Below are positions 12,703-26,700 of a DNA stretch of 64,000 nucleotides, piece after piece (position 1 is the stretch's first letter; each line of letters starts with the position of its first letter). The position numbers and the translations under genes were made by a program. The notes beneath the pieces were generated by a model. The model was not told the origin of the DNA, did no database searches, and saw only the letters and a program-made list of their open reading frames with translations. Origin of the DNA: Phoronis australis (taxonomy: Eukaryota; Animalia; Phoronida); contig NMRA01000088.1 in NCBI GenBank assembly GCA_002633005.1, forward strand, positions 58,186 to 122,185, in the 5' to 3' direction.

Positions 12703-14718
12703 GACATGGCTTCTACCACACCTGGCCCCCATGGCAAAGTGCACCATTGAACACAACAAATAATACTCCTGTTATCAGAACATGTACAAATACTAAACAG
12801 GAATTCAAAACCAAATTCACTCGGTCATTTACAAAATGCTTCGCGATAGCAAAATTCATCACCAAAAGTGATAAACCAGTACGTCTGCTTAAAAAGCTTT
12901 GAACTGCTGGAATACAGTAACATCAAAGCACGAACTGGCTAAGTGTCTTCAGGTACTCGTATGAATTCAAAATGGTACAAAAATATAGCTCTGACATAAA
13001 TCAACTGAGCAAACACTCATTTGGCATCAAATTCTACATCGGCTCCAAATACAAACCTGATGGCAAAACGTGCTAGGATATGACAATGGTAAAGGCCTGT
13101 CATATGATATGTTTGATCACATACAAAACTGCAACATTATGGGTACAATCTTTTAAGTTACTAACAATTCTGTGCCATGCAAGCAGTATGTAAAGTCAAA
13201 GAAATCAACAGAAAAACATTCAACGGATTTATGGAAATGTGCTGCGTTTAGTATGTCAGATTACAGGGGAGACAATTTTCCTCCCCTACAGACTGCATAC
13301 CAACCAATAAAACTGAATCACTGGACAATTATGACAATACACAAAACCAAAATGGCACAGAATGTTGATAAAATCACTGCACAGACTACTTCGGTGATAA
13401 AATAAATGTCACAATTGACTTGGCACTCTTATCTACAATCCAAAGTGATTACTTTTTAACTTCAATTGAAATCAAAATCTGTTGAACACTTCATAACATA
13501 ATAGGCAACTCGAAATTCAATAGGTAGCGTTAATGAAGAAACAATCTTCTTTTTGTTGTCTTAACAGATTGAGAACAGAGAGCACAAGACCACAATGGGA
13601 CCTGAATGCATTTTGGCACAAATGACCATTGTTACACAATCACCACCTAAGTGAATTTCAAGTACCTCATCAAATATTTTAAGGAAAGGCACACAAACCA
13701 ACAAGCGATGACTTTTAGAAGCTACTTGCATGGATTTAATGTGGGTCGCAACAAGATTTGGAATGCTCAATCAGTACTCGGCAACTCATTTTTAATAATT
13801 TGATAAGACATGAAAGGGAGATTTCTTTCTTAACACAAACGATTAAGCACGCTCATCAATCATACCAAATATGCCAGTGACTTCCTTAACTTGGGTCAAT
13901 CCACCAATTGCAAGGTTTTCATGCGTAGCCCCTAACTAGGAAGGAAATGACCCTTTAAGAACGGGCAATGTTTTTCCTTCCAACAAAATCCTTTTACTAA
14001 AGAACTCGCGCGTTTACTCAACATCAGATGAAAGGACAAGTAGATTCTTCAAGGCACAAAACATAATACAGAACTGTAGAACACTAATAATGAACAACCA
14101 CTAAGGCACTGGACACTAGCAACAACCAAGACTAAATAAAACTATATGACGGTGCAAACAAAGATCACTCAATGGCTAAATTTTTCTCACATATTGATTT
14201 TTCAAATGATACCAAAATAATCACCAGTGCAGACAATTTTTTCAATAACACAAGCTTGAAATGACCCATGACACATTTTTATTTTAGTCGGAGAATATGC
14301 AACTGAAGATCAAATTGTGTTATGATTATAGCAAGCTTTAAAAGCTACAATGAGCGCTGTTAAAAATTGTTCAAAGTAAGATAAAATAAGAATGAACCTG
14401 TTTCAGAAGCCAAAAACAAAACCAACTGCAGTAAACCATAGAAAATGAGAAGCGTTTGTGTAGCGGCTTAAAATTTAATAGAAATAATTGAACTGTCACC
14501 ATTATGTGAAACAGGATGTCCCAAGGTGATAGACATATTACAAAATCAGCGCACACTGTAGCTTTAAATATACTTCTTTAATACTGTCCTACTACATTTG
14601 TTCAAGTCCACTAAATTTTCTTTCTGATCTTAGCTTTAAAAATCTTCAGATACACATATCATGCTTCTCCTTAGACCAAAGCAAGATTTTCTCAAAAATC
14701 CTCCTTTTAATTAAATTA

Positions 14719-15518
14719 GGGGGTGTGTTTAATGAAAAGTGACTGAATTTTGTCCCAACTTCAAAACACCAGATCTCAGAAATGGCTGTTTAGATTCATA
14801 TGAAACTTCAAGGTACCATGCTTTATGCACTGTTCTCGAGAACACCTTTAAAAAATTTTTTAAAATGTTCCGATTTTGTGTGAGGGACTATCAAAAATAG
14901 GACTTGTATGATTTTGATGAAAAAAAATACTTCAAAGTCGCATACACAAAACAACACTTTAGAAAATTGTAAGAGCATTTATGAGATTTTAACTTGAACA
15001 TTTATATAGTACAAAATTTGCTGACGTTACTGATCCTGTTGTTTTGCTATGAATGTACCTTTTTATTAAATTGTTCTGAAAATCATGGTCATGTGACCTA
15101 ATTAATGGCAGATTGGTATGAAGCTAAAAATCAAATTCAACTGAATTTCTATTTTCAAGATTTTGCTGAGCAAAATTCTATAGTTTGCAAATATTGGGCT
15201 AAATTGACAGACTTGCCGAAAAGGTTGTATAATAACCTTAACTGGCTTAGGTTTACAGAATGAGTGAGCCCCCTTGGGGGCAACGGTTGTCTTACAGAAC
15301 ACTAAGACAGCAGATATTCATGAAAAATATTTAAATTTTGGCAAAGTGTAAAGTCTGAGAATACGCAGATAACAGTTATTTCCTATGACAATTTCTATTC
15401 AATATTTCTAGGGTGTGATGCACTCATAATTCATTGTAAAAATCTTTTTTTTTTCAGCATTTGTGACCACCAAATTTCTGTCTTAAGTCATAAGTCACCT
15501 TCATGAAACACACCCCCC
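14719..15518. mobile_element. MITE-like element with ~26-bp imperfect TIRs (PIF/Harbinger-like ends)
   Basis: GGGGGTGTGTTTAATGAAAAGTGACT (14719-14744) is the near reverse complement of AGTCACCTTCATGAAACACACCCCCC (15493-15518); a related end GGGGGCCTGTTTCATGAAACTGACT is at ~12261. No matching TSD seen. Confidence 0.6.
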
Positions 15519-15785
15519 AGCATAAATACATTTTGATTGGTTATTTCATAAAACGCATTAAACTAAACTAAACAATTGGCACGTCAGATATTTGCTACAA
15601 TAATTCTTATACGGCAATCACAGATTCGAAATCATTTTGACAGGCGGGTAGTCCTGAACCATGTTGATTTTGGCCCCAAGGAGAAATCACAATAAAAATT
15701 TGACACAAATTAAAATAAATTAATAGCACGGTTAACTTTTATACAAATCTGCGATGACCATGAACAATAATTCACAAGTACAAAT

Positions 15786-15841
15786 CACACACACACCACA
15801 CACACACAAACACACACCGGCTGACACACGCACTCAAACAC
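15786..15841. repeat. Imperfect (CA)n microsatellite
   Basis: cacacacacaccacacacacacaaacacacacc... Confidence 0.8.
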
Positions 15842-17567
15842 CTAATCATAAATAATTCATAACAATTTTCAAATGTCAAACAATTGGTAATCTGTTCCAA
15901 ACCAAATTAAGACAAGTTTGATTTCAAAGCACAAGTGAAAATGCCATTTCCATAGAAACGGCAGTAATTCATACTTCATTTCATTTTTGTTGAATAGCTA
16001 ACAAAACAGTACATTATGAGTAAAAAATTACTTGCGTTCGATAAAACTATGACGTGTGAAAATCGTAATTATCTTTTCACGCTACACAATTGGGGGATTT
16101 CATCTACGACAAAACTTAATCAGTAATGGTGCTCATTGTCAAGTTTCAAATGCATTGTGAAAGGGTTGTCTTCTTGTAGACATCTGCTGACATCACTGAA
16201 TACTTGGAGATGCATATAAACTTGGGATATGTACCGTAGACGCACAAATTTAACGTGTAAAGCTAGTGTGCTTACTTGCGTTGCTTGCAGTGCATGGCCA
16301 CATAAAGAAGTCACGTGTAATCTTGAATTTTCACAAATTCCGTCGGTCTATGGAACGCAGGCCTGGCATTTTAGGTGGTGAGCTTTAAGCTTCAGTGTGA
16401 CCAGGTGGCACATACTTTGAAAAAATCTTTCACGCAAAAACATTTGGTAAAAATCTGCATTCATTTGAAACATTTGTAGCTCACTTCAATTTTTTACTTT
16501 TTATTTTTGTTTAGACAAACTCCCACTGAAAGCATGTTGCAGTGAACCCATGGTTTTAATTATGGTGAGCTCATTGACAAGTTCTGTTTTATGTAATATT
16601 ATTTTACAAGTCGCAAAATTTTCTGTGAGGTTTCCGGATGTTTAGGAGACAACAGTCGTCCCACAATGCATTTGAAAAATGACAGCAGTGCAGTAGATTA
16701 AATCCTCCATCTTGTATGCAGTTCAAACTGAACAAATTAACCAAATCTATAGTGTGATTAATTTTCATTCAATAACAAAACCTTCTCGGTTCATCATTCA
16801 AATTTACAAAAATCAACTTGCATTCACTTAACAACAAATACTAGTCTCCACTGACTAACTCAGTGGCAGTTAGGTCAACGATTGTGCACATCTATGTCAT
16901 CTACTATGTTAACAAATAGTCGTCTTTTCTAGCCTAGGTCCAGCCTGTCAATATGAGAAATAGATAAAATATTTATGAATATGGATCGTACTAAACACCC
17001 ATGTTCCAGCGAAATGGCCACAAATGGCTTAATTAATAATCCAGAACACGACACACTTGGATTAACTTTACGGAACATTTCCACGGGTGTTTTTCGTTTC
17101 TCAGTAGGTTATACGGAAAGTTTTATCCAACCTCTTGGTTGACGTTAAAACAAAGCTATAAAATAATATTTAACAGCAAGATATTATTAACGAGGTCTCT
17201 TCATAGTTGAACAAAACTCTTCCATCGAAAGGCTTCATCCGTTCCCTTCCAAGGGCTTACAGAATGTCCGAAATCCATGTTGATAACAGGCTTCCTCCTT
17301 CCAGATTCGTCGGCAGATGTCAATCCAGATGTGTGGGTGGGGTCCAGGTGGTCTGGACCCCCACTTAGTCATGTTTACATTGTTGTAATGGACAAAGCTC
17401 CAGCAACCCTTATGTTTGTACTGAGTCGGAATCCCTGGACAAAATTCAAGATACGTGACTGGTCCGCTTTGATTTCTCTTGAGCAGAGAGGCACAGGGGT
17501 CAATATAAACTTGCCACGAATTAATCTGTCATCAACGCAAAAAGTCGATAATAATGTTTCCACAAAA

Positions 17568-17701
17568 TCAAACGGCTGATAGCTGGCTGTTACATCGATC
17601 CACCTGGTGGTTGAGTTGTAAGAACTGGTTATTATTGTTATTGTTCTCCACTTCCATCTCGGACTGTGTGTACATGTCGTACCCTTGCGAATCACTGTAA
17701 C
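17568..17701 (-). CDS. GLIS3: GLIS coding exon 9 (terminal; transactivation-domain motif)
   Basis: tggttgcag|GTTAC, phase 1; ...[20 protein letters not shown] resembles GLIS3 FLQISTVDRCPSQLSSV. Confidence 0.88.
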
Positions 17702-20700
17702 CTGCAACCAAGAGCACATTTCCTTCAGAGGAATAGTCCAGGTACCGTTCCAAGAAACTGACTTAAGTTTCTTTTTGACTCAAGTCTAAGATTTGTTTCA
17801 ACTTCCAAGTTTTGAAAAAAATTGGCTTAAATTTATGACCTGTCTTAGCCAAATCAGTTTTCTTGGAATGCGCCTCAGCGTTCTCCATGACCTGTTTTAA
17901 TAGCTGCTGGTCACCACAACCTGTTTGATTTTGCCTCTGACCAGTGTTCAAATAGCACGCGACACAACTGACTTTTTCATTTTTGTGTGTTTGCTATGAT
18001 ATGCACATGCTGCTCAATGTCTAAATTTTTTGTTTGAATTTTTTAGTGTGGAGAACACTTTAGTCTCATGGTCAAATTTTTAAAGAGAGTTTCAAGGTCA
18101 GTTTTAAAGAATGGTCCTATGTTGAAATTGCTAGTTGTAAATAACAGACAAAGCACGAATGGTTTGCTGTATTCAACTTTGATTTTATTATATTACAATT
18201 GTAAGAGAAAACATTCAGCAGCTAGTAATAACAAAAAATCATTCAAAACCAAACATTAAATAAGAAGGTATGAACATACAGCAATCAGGCCAAACAACAA
18301 AACAAATTTTTCTGTACTCGATAGCTGACCAATGAAACAGCTAGTACTTAGTGTTATAAATCAACAAACTCACAATCCTAGATATTACTGTAACAATCAA
18401 TTTTTTTACAAATGACAGAAAGACCCTGCATGCAATTCATGCCAATTTCGTGACAAAAACGAAACTATCCCAGTGACTGTGGATCTCATTCTTGACTTAC
18501 AAAAAGCTCCTTACAAGACTACCAATAGGTTAATAACTTGGCCTGACCCCTCCATTAAAGGTAACCGTAAGTGTGGAACTGCTTAAACAACCACTGCTTC
18601 TCACCGGAATGATTGGAGAGCGTTGTGATACTCTTCAGACCTTCCTCGAACGTGGGGATCTGCATAAGCTTTCCGGGACTGGGCTGTCGCATCATCATAT
18701 AGTTGACATTGATCTGTGACTCCGTCACGTGGTCGTTTGCCTGCTGTACCAGCTGGATCTCGTAGTACTTGTTACCACCTGCAACCAACAATGAAATTGC
18801 TTCAGAGAAATTTGGTCGAAATGACACCAGCGCAAGGTTCCCAGAAAGCGGGATAATTTACTAAAGCACCCTGTAGTCTTTTCACAGCAAAAATTTTTTA
18901 GATTTAAATATTTTATTTTTCAAAAGGAAGATAATAACAGGAAATGGTAACCAATTAACAATTGAAAAGGTACAACATTCAAACACTATTCATACAGGTA
19001 CAACATTCACACACTATTCATACAGCCATGTACTCTTAATGAACAAGTTACTTTCCAAATTATACATGTGCGAGTATATATATACGCAAGTATTTAGGGT
19101 CTCTCAAAAGGTGAATTCAAGGTTTTTTAACACTGATAATCAATTTTTCTCTATGATATAATAATACAAGGAATGTACTAAAAAAATTCAAATGTAGGCT
19201 TGCTGTGGTCCAAAGATGACTGACAGCAAAAATGTAACCTTCAGACTTCCACCGATCCAGAGGAGTGTTTAGTTAGTGCTACCTAGTGGCTAATCTGGAG
19301 ATCGCATGAGCATGCCGCACTCCCACCTTCAGATTTCACGTGGGTAATAAGATTACTCCGATTAGATAGGCAGTAGTATACAGAGTCAAGATGCCCCCGA
19401 TAGGGTTGCTAACCCAGGTTACACAATAGAGGTCAGGACACGTCAACAAAAAGCCAACAGTTGCAATGCTCTCCGGTCTTCCTGACCCGATTGGGGCTTA
19501 AATCTTGGACTTTCTGCAATGCATGTAGAAGGTCTAATACATTGGGCCATCGGGACCACTGCTTAAAACAGAAATGCAATCAGAATGTTTTGTGACTGGA
19601 AATGATTTGACCTTTAAATAGGTCACATAAGGTGACCAAGAAAAGGTGTGAAAAGACGTTATGGCAGGTTAATGAATTTTAAATCCGTCAACTTTGCCAC
19701 AAATATAACTTTTAAACAACTTGTACTTTGATTTAGAGCGTTTTGTTCAGTATACGTGTCATAAGAAAATTTTTGCTAAAGGTTTATGCAATAGCTGTGA
19801 TACAAATAAGAATCTGAAAAACTGAGAAATGGCAATCATGGGTAATCAATTTTGGACCAAAATTAAAGTATTTTTACAGTAATTACTTACTAATACTATA
19901 GCGAATTCAAATGCACTGATGGTCATACCTGGTGGCACGCCAGCCATATACTCTTGATGGTGACTACCATATTGAGGCATGGACGCTTGCTGGGATGGTA
20001 CCATATCGTAGGGTGGTTGGTAGCCGCCCATGTTCTGTGCTGGCACCTGTTGGTACGTGGGGGGAGGTAGTCCCTGACGCGGGCTGACGTGTGGGCTCGG
20101 CGCCCCGCCCCCACTCATGGGTTTGGGGTCACCCATGATGGGCGGCAGAGGTCGACGGCCAGGACTGATCATGGGAGAGTTGAAGTTGTTCAGCCTAAAA
20201 TGGCAGAGAGCAAAAATGACGAGAGCACAGCACACATAAGAAGTTAGTCATTCTTTGTAAACATGACCATATCAGCGCACGCTTGCTGTTTTCTGTTTCA
20301 TGCCTAGACTACAAAATTTCCATAGAAATGCTCATCGAAAACTTGTTTCACAAAAAGTTCTAAACGAAATAAAAAGTAAGAAATGAAGGAAATAACGTTA
20401 ATTCATGACACAACAAACAATGATACTCCTCCAAAAATTCGTACAAAAACAAGAAAAACAAAACAATAACAAACCCATTCAAAAAAGTTTGAGGTTCACC
20501 TTTCAGGTCTTACATGAAGTAGCTGGACCTGAGTTCAGCGAATAAGGTGGCTAAAATTCAAATTACACTCAGTGTTTTTGTAACTCATACATCAAATCGA
20601 ATCATATCTTTTATCCTGGTACAAAATCCTCTAAGTCCCATGTCTTAGTATACTCCAATAATCACGGAAAAAACTCAATAGTGTCCCTAGAAAAGTTGCG

Positions 20701-23700
20701 GTCGTAAGACCGCTTACATAAGTTAAAGTTTTTGTTGTCTGTTTGAAAAGACTTACTTGTTGAAAACATTCAAAACTTAGTGAAAACTCGTAAAAACCTA
20801 CCATACTTCCAATTCAAAAAAATTCAAAACCAACATTCAATAATGGTAAAAAACATTGAGTCAGCAACTTTTAAATCAACCACATCTGTGAGTTATAATG
20901 ACCCTCAGCGCACCCTATAGGTGGATTATCAACTCACGTCCTGGCATCGCTACAGTCCTCCATGAGCATATGTTGACTCATTGGGCTGCCTTGAACACTG
21001 GCAGGAGAGGGCCGACTTGACAGGCCTGTTGCCGTGCCACTACGACTAGAATGGTTACTTGAGTAAGTGATCGCTGAAACAAGATAGGAAGAGAAAACAA
21101 CATAAGTCAGGATTCCTCCTGAATTGTTAATGACTGACAATAGATGGCGCTTTGTGCTAATATTGCATTCTAGCATTTTGGTTACACATGAGGCCATGGT
21201 AAGTGCATGCACAGAATAGAACTAGGCAGAATAAACAAGTCCATGTTCACATTAAGCTGCATGGAGATGCACCAATAAAATGGAGATTTCTCTAAAAAAT
21301 ACATAAATAGTGAAAACCGGAGGTGTTTGATTTATACATTTATTTATACCACCAGTGCATGAATGCTACGAGTTTTTCTGAATACAGGAACTTTCACATT
21401 ATTTATAAAGTGAGCTTTTATCTCTCTGATCTCGACTTCGCTGGGCAACCGATCTCGCGGTGATTGATGAAAATAATAACCAGCCATTGAGTTTTTAATT
21501 GAAAAAAACTTAAAGACTTGATTTTACTTTGTGTTCAACAGTATCAAAATTGACACTGGGGTAGACTTCGTGAAAACATGGTTGGTTTTGAAGAGTACTG
21601 GATTTTTACCGGCATCTTATAATGCGCACAAAAACTAGCCACAGGTGGTTCCAAGGAAGAAAAAGAAAAGTGTAAAAATCTAAAATAAAAAAGTTGAGAT
21701 TGGCAAAATTTCAACATTTTGACGATCTAGTCCATATCTGTCAAAGATGTGTTGGTTTTAATTGACCTTACTCTTACACTGACAAAGGAATGTGAATTGG
21801 TTTTTTACTCTACCAAATTAAATATTCCATGGTGGAGGAAACCGTAGACTCTTCTATAGATAGACCCAGGGATAAATTAATGTCCTGACAAGACCCTTCA
21901 TTCATAGCCATATAGTAACACATTTTAATTTTTTTTGCTTTGGAACAACCAGAAACTGAAAAATTAATTTTAAAATTCTTTAACAAATTCTGTGTATTTT
22001 TTGAAAATACACAATGTCATATTGAACAATGTGGTAATTTTTGTGGTACTATTGAATCTCTCCCCCTCGGAAAATGCACAATTTTCGTAGAATTTCTTAT
22101 CTCGTTCATGGTTTTTGCCATGACTTCGACGATGAGAACTACTGTGGCCTGACACCTAGCATTCAGAGATATTACAACATCCCCGTAAAAAGACACATAA
22201 ATACAAAGCAAAAAATGATGGTGCCTAACATGACGCAAAGACAAATGAGTGACTCTCGTCCAGCTTAATACACGTCGGTGCTGATGTACTCATAAAACAA
22301 CAGATTATAATTTCAAAGATCCACTGCTTCACAACATCTAGTGCATTCGTGCACAGTGGGACTCTTCCACATGTTTTCTTCTCAACGGTAAAATCTCACC
22401 AATTTCGGAGAAAAGTAAACGCCAAATTGACATTTTAGTTTTCAAAGGCTTTTAACTTAAGTTCTGAATGCTCGCAATATTTCAAAACAATGTCCGATAG
22501 TGGCATAGAATTTAAGGATAAAAAAATCGTTTGGGGCTTATAACTTGTAGCTTACAAAAAACGAAAACCAAAACTTGTCTGCTAAGTTTTAACCTAAATA
22601 GGTTAGATTTTACGGTATTTGAGAGTAGTGAGATTCTGCGGTGTAAGGCATTAGCGATCAAACTTATTTAGGGACTGAATGATAATACGTTCCATTCCAC
22701 ATATGATCTGATGACGACATGCATGTACCATTTGTCATTTGCTGGGCTGAGACACAAGGAATGTTGAGCTGTTTCTACACCACTACATAACGTTGTGCGT
22801 TCGTTAGCCATTTTCCTACACGGCGGTGACAGAGTACAGCAAATGCATATTCAGATAAAAAGACGAAAATTCCCCACCATGACGACGGAAGTTGAACTCA
22901 TGGTTAAGAATAGCCTTCCCTCATTAACGAGAATGAATTAAGGGAAATTACTAGGTGAGCCATAACACTCATTACTCTCTTGTTTTTGCTAAAAACATAA
23001 TTAGCTGTAATGGCGGCGGAAAGTGTATTTTGTCCAATTGCTTTGTCCTGTACTTTTATTTTGTGGACTAATGTTGAACGTTAACTAACAAGAATTCACC
23101 TGTTACTTAGATAGAAATTTCTCAGCACTTTTTACAAATTCTTTGCAATCATCATGATGTCAAATTATCCCCGTTGTGCAGAAGAAAAACAATGTTCAAA
23201 TATCCAAAAAATGTCTGAAACAATGACATTTTGTTTCGTCAACTCAGCCGGTTTTGAAACTTAAAAGTTGTGTGTCAAATGTTGATTATCATCAGCACCA
23301 CCAGGAGGCCACGTATGTTAAAGGTATCTCACACAGACATCAAGATCAAAACATCAATCATGCCAACGAAAATGCACATTTGCAATTCTTCTCAACTATA
23401 ATCTACATACACGACAAAATATAATGAACAAGGCAAATGATATATGTAATCATCGACTGCTGAGCAATCAGAAATGAAAACAATAGCAAGACGTAACGTA
23501 ATAATATGTCAACAATAAAGAAAGTATAAACATGACAAAATGAATTCACAACACCCAAGGCATGCAAGATCGCCTGAACTCACTTGGTTTGACAGGATGA
23601 AAGCTGGTAGCCTGGGTAAATGTGTTAGTTCCTGAAACGGTTTAGGCGCGTTCACAATCAGTAACTGAACCAACGCCTAACGGCTGATATTTTTCTGTTC

Positions 23701-26700
23701 AGAAATTTGGCTTTAAATTATAAACCTACTTTCTTACAAACACCATTTCACAAAAAATCACAGTACTACTACTAAATAATTTTCATTTTTAATTTCTTAT
23801 TTTGAAGATATAAAAAATATTAAAATAAAAAATGAAATGCAAAAATCAATACAAAAAATTTTCACCTATTCAGCTTAGGACTTCCAAAATAGTAAGAAGC
23901 AAATTCTATAATTTTTCATGACAAAAGATTTTCCCCACAAATTTATTTTCTTAGAAAGGCAATCATTAGAATTACCTGGTAAAGTTAGCGTATGCTACTG
24001 AAACAAGCCCTCCTCCATAGTACTTCTGCCTTTTGTCTTAACGATCGTGAAACGCAAATTACCAGGACAAGCTAAATGATCATGCAGTAATTACCCGGAA
24101 CTTAAAAACGTGATAATTACCACAATTATGCGAGGAATCATAGTGTTCTAAATTATACTTGTCTAAGGATCGCCCACATATACTTGTGGGATTACAATAG
24201 GAGGGATGCGATCTTTTCGTTCTTGTTTCAAAGAATAGCCTATAAGACATTGGTACTCTGAGTGTTGTTGATTACATCGCAGTGGCAAGCAGTTACATAA
24301 AGCTAATGACAACTACCGTCACCTGCCCGCAAGTGGGAGTACTTATACATGAGGAGCACCTGTTTGAATTAATGGCAAATAAAGATCCTTTTGTTTAAGT
24401 TTAGCAGGGGCCCAAGATACTCAAGATAAGCTACACTGAGGTTACGAGGTTTACTTGAATTGTGCGGTGATCTCGTTAAGGTGAATAAAGTACAGTGTCT
24501 GAAAGTTTCGGAGGAATCCAACCAGACATTTTTGATACAGGAGGCTCTAAAATTAAACGAATTTGGACGTTTTTAGTTGTACTGCATAGTTTTAAGCCCA
24601 CAAGAAATTAGTCATAAGGAACACAACTCAGTATACCTAAAGCAGCTGACATCCATGACAAAAAGTTTTTGATTTAGAGGGCTTAATAACAAACATGAAA
24701 TTATTCTCAAATTGTTCTTTAGTCAATATACTGTGTGATTGCTGCATCTGATTTTTGGGTTTGGAAGGACACATTGTCATTTGTTGTTGGAGACCAGGCT
24801 CCACAATATGGCTTGTTACGGCCGGTGTGTCATGCTTCAAGGAATAACGACTTTCACTTTGCCGTAAGACCATAAGTCACTTCTCGTCTGAGTATGGAAT
24901 AAGTGGAGACCAATTTTATGGAGGTACGTGGTCTAGATGAAAGGTAAATTTCTCTGACAGAACGCGGGTTTGTTGCTGAATTATGCTAATGAAGTTGTTG
25001 GTCCTGTATTGTCCAATGAAAGTTCTCCTTAATTGTCAAGGTAAGGCCGACTTCCTGCAGTTGCTACGGTTACCTGGCTGCATCAAACAATTCAAGTGCG
25101 CCACAGCTACCGTAATTACCTGAATACATATCGGAGCTGCTCCCCGGGTGAGATCCGCAGTGCGAGCCGCAGTGAGAACTGTGCGGGGAGCTGAGGCTCA
25201 GTGGTGACCCCTCCGGGCGTAGCGAGCAAATCTGCAGGCAGTCATTGAGCGAGACATCGTTCGAGAACACTTCATCTTTGGTCTTTAGCTGAAAATAAAG
25301 TAATTCCGCAGTGTAATAATACGGCAACACAAAGCTGTGGTTTGACTATTAGTCACGTATCTAACATTTCAATATACAATTACACAGGTTTCCATGACAA
25401 CTACGCTAGAAACTATACTGTAATAATACCATTTTCAAACAATTCTACAGAGAATAAAAATTAAGTTGCCATTATATCGAGTGTACCTTTCTGTTTGAGT
25501 GTGTTTGCCCGTGTCAGATTTGATAAGAGAATAACACAGACTTATGACTGTCCAGTAAACTAGAAATCCTTACGTAACTACAAAGGCCATTTCTGACAAT
25601 TTTGAGGGAAATAAGTCGAAAAATGTGCCCGGAACCAATGTGTTTCTGTTAGAGAAACCTGAGGCTAAGAAAGATCTAACAGGAGACCATCCCAATGCTA
25701 CAGTCATGTGAAATTCAACAACAAAACTTATTTTTGGAGAAAACTCATCACCCCGACTTTCTGATACAAATGTTATCAAATTTTCTGAGCCACCGACACT
25801 ACGCAGAAACCTAAAGTATTTCCCTCTCAGATAGATTTTGTTAATCAGCTGACAAACATTAGGTGTGATAATGGGTGCGGAAATCATTAAGGGGCCCCCA
25901 TGTACATATTTTCATGCCTACTTGTGTTGTCATGGATAATTTGAGTTCAGTTGAAGAGGCATAAGATTAGCCCACTTAGTCATCAGACAGGAGGTCCAAT
26001 TTGGCTGTAAACAGGTTCTTGCCAGATGTATAGCTTAAGAGATTATGCAAATTCAAAAGGTGAAAGTGAACTTTTATGGGAGATGCTCAAGCACGCAAAT
26101 GTGGCAGATTGAATATCTACAAACTAAAGGCTTCCATACAGCAAGTTTTTAATAAATATGATAGATGGCGCTATACTTGTTTTTAGAAAGTTGTGAAATA
26201 CATGGATTTTAGGGTAAACTGATCAAAACTAGAGAATTACTTGGTCAACTACAGTACATCCTCTAACTACGTTGAATTAACAACAGTTTAGGATACACCA
26301 TGGCTACCAAAATAATACGTTTTCTAGTTCTGCCCTATCGCTAACACAAGACAATATTTTGAAAAACAGCAGACACTCACAGCGACATAAGAACCCCTTT
26401 GAAAAACGAAAAGACAGTTTGGGTAAGATTATATTGTGTGAAAATTTGCTAAAACATGTTTTTAATTGTATTTTACCATCATTTACTAACATAGGTGTCG
26501 CCACTATCGACAAATATTTTACTCCCTTTTAGTTTTACTTTTCTTGAAATGACAGCGTTGTTGATACTGGTGGTGGTAGCGGTGGGGTTAGCTAGTAATT
26601 CTGGCGATACCGGAGGTGGTGTTGGAGTTGATAGTGGTGGTGATAGAGGTGGTATTGAGGTGGCATTGTGTTGTGGTGGTGTTGTGTTGAGGGGGTGTTG

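Noticed and set aside
19483-19557. Functional tRNA gene
   Set aside because: T-loop/B box is degenerate and the acceptor stem is mismatched; better explained as a SINE head.
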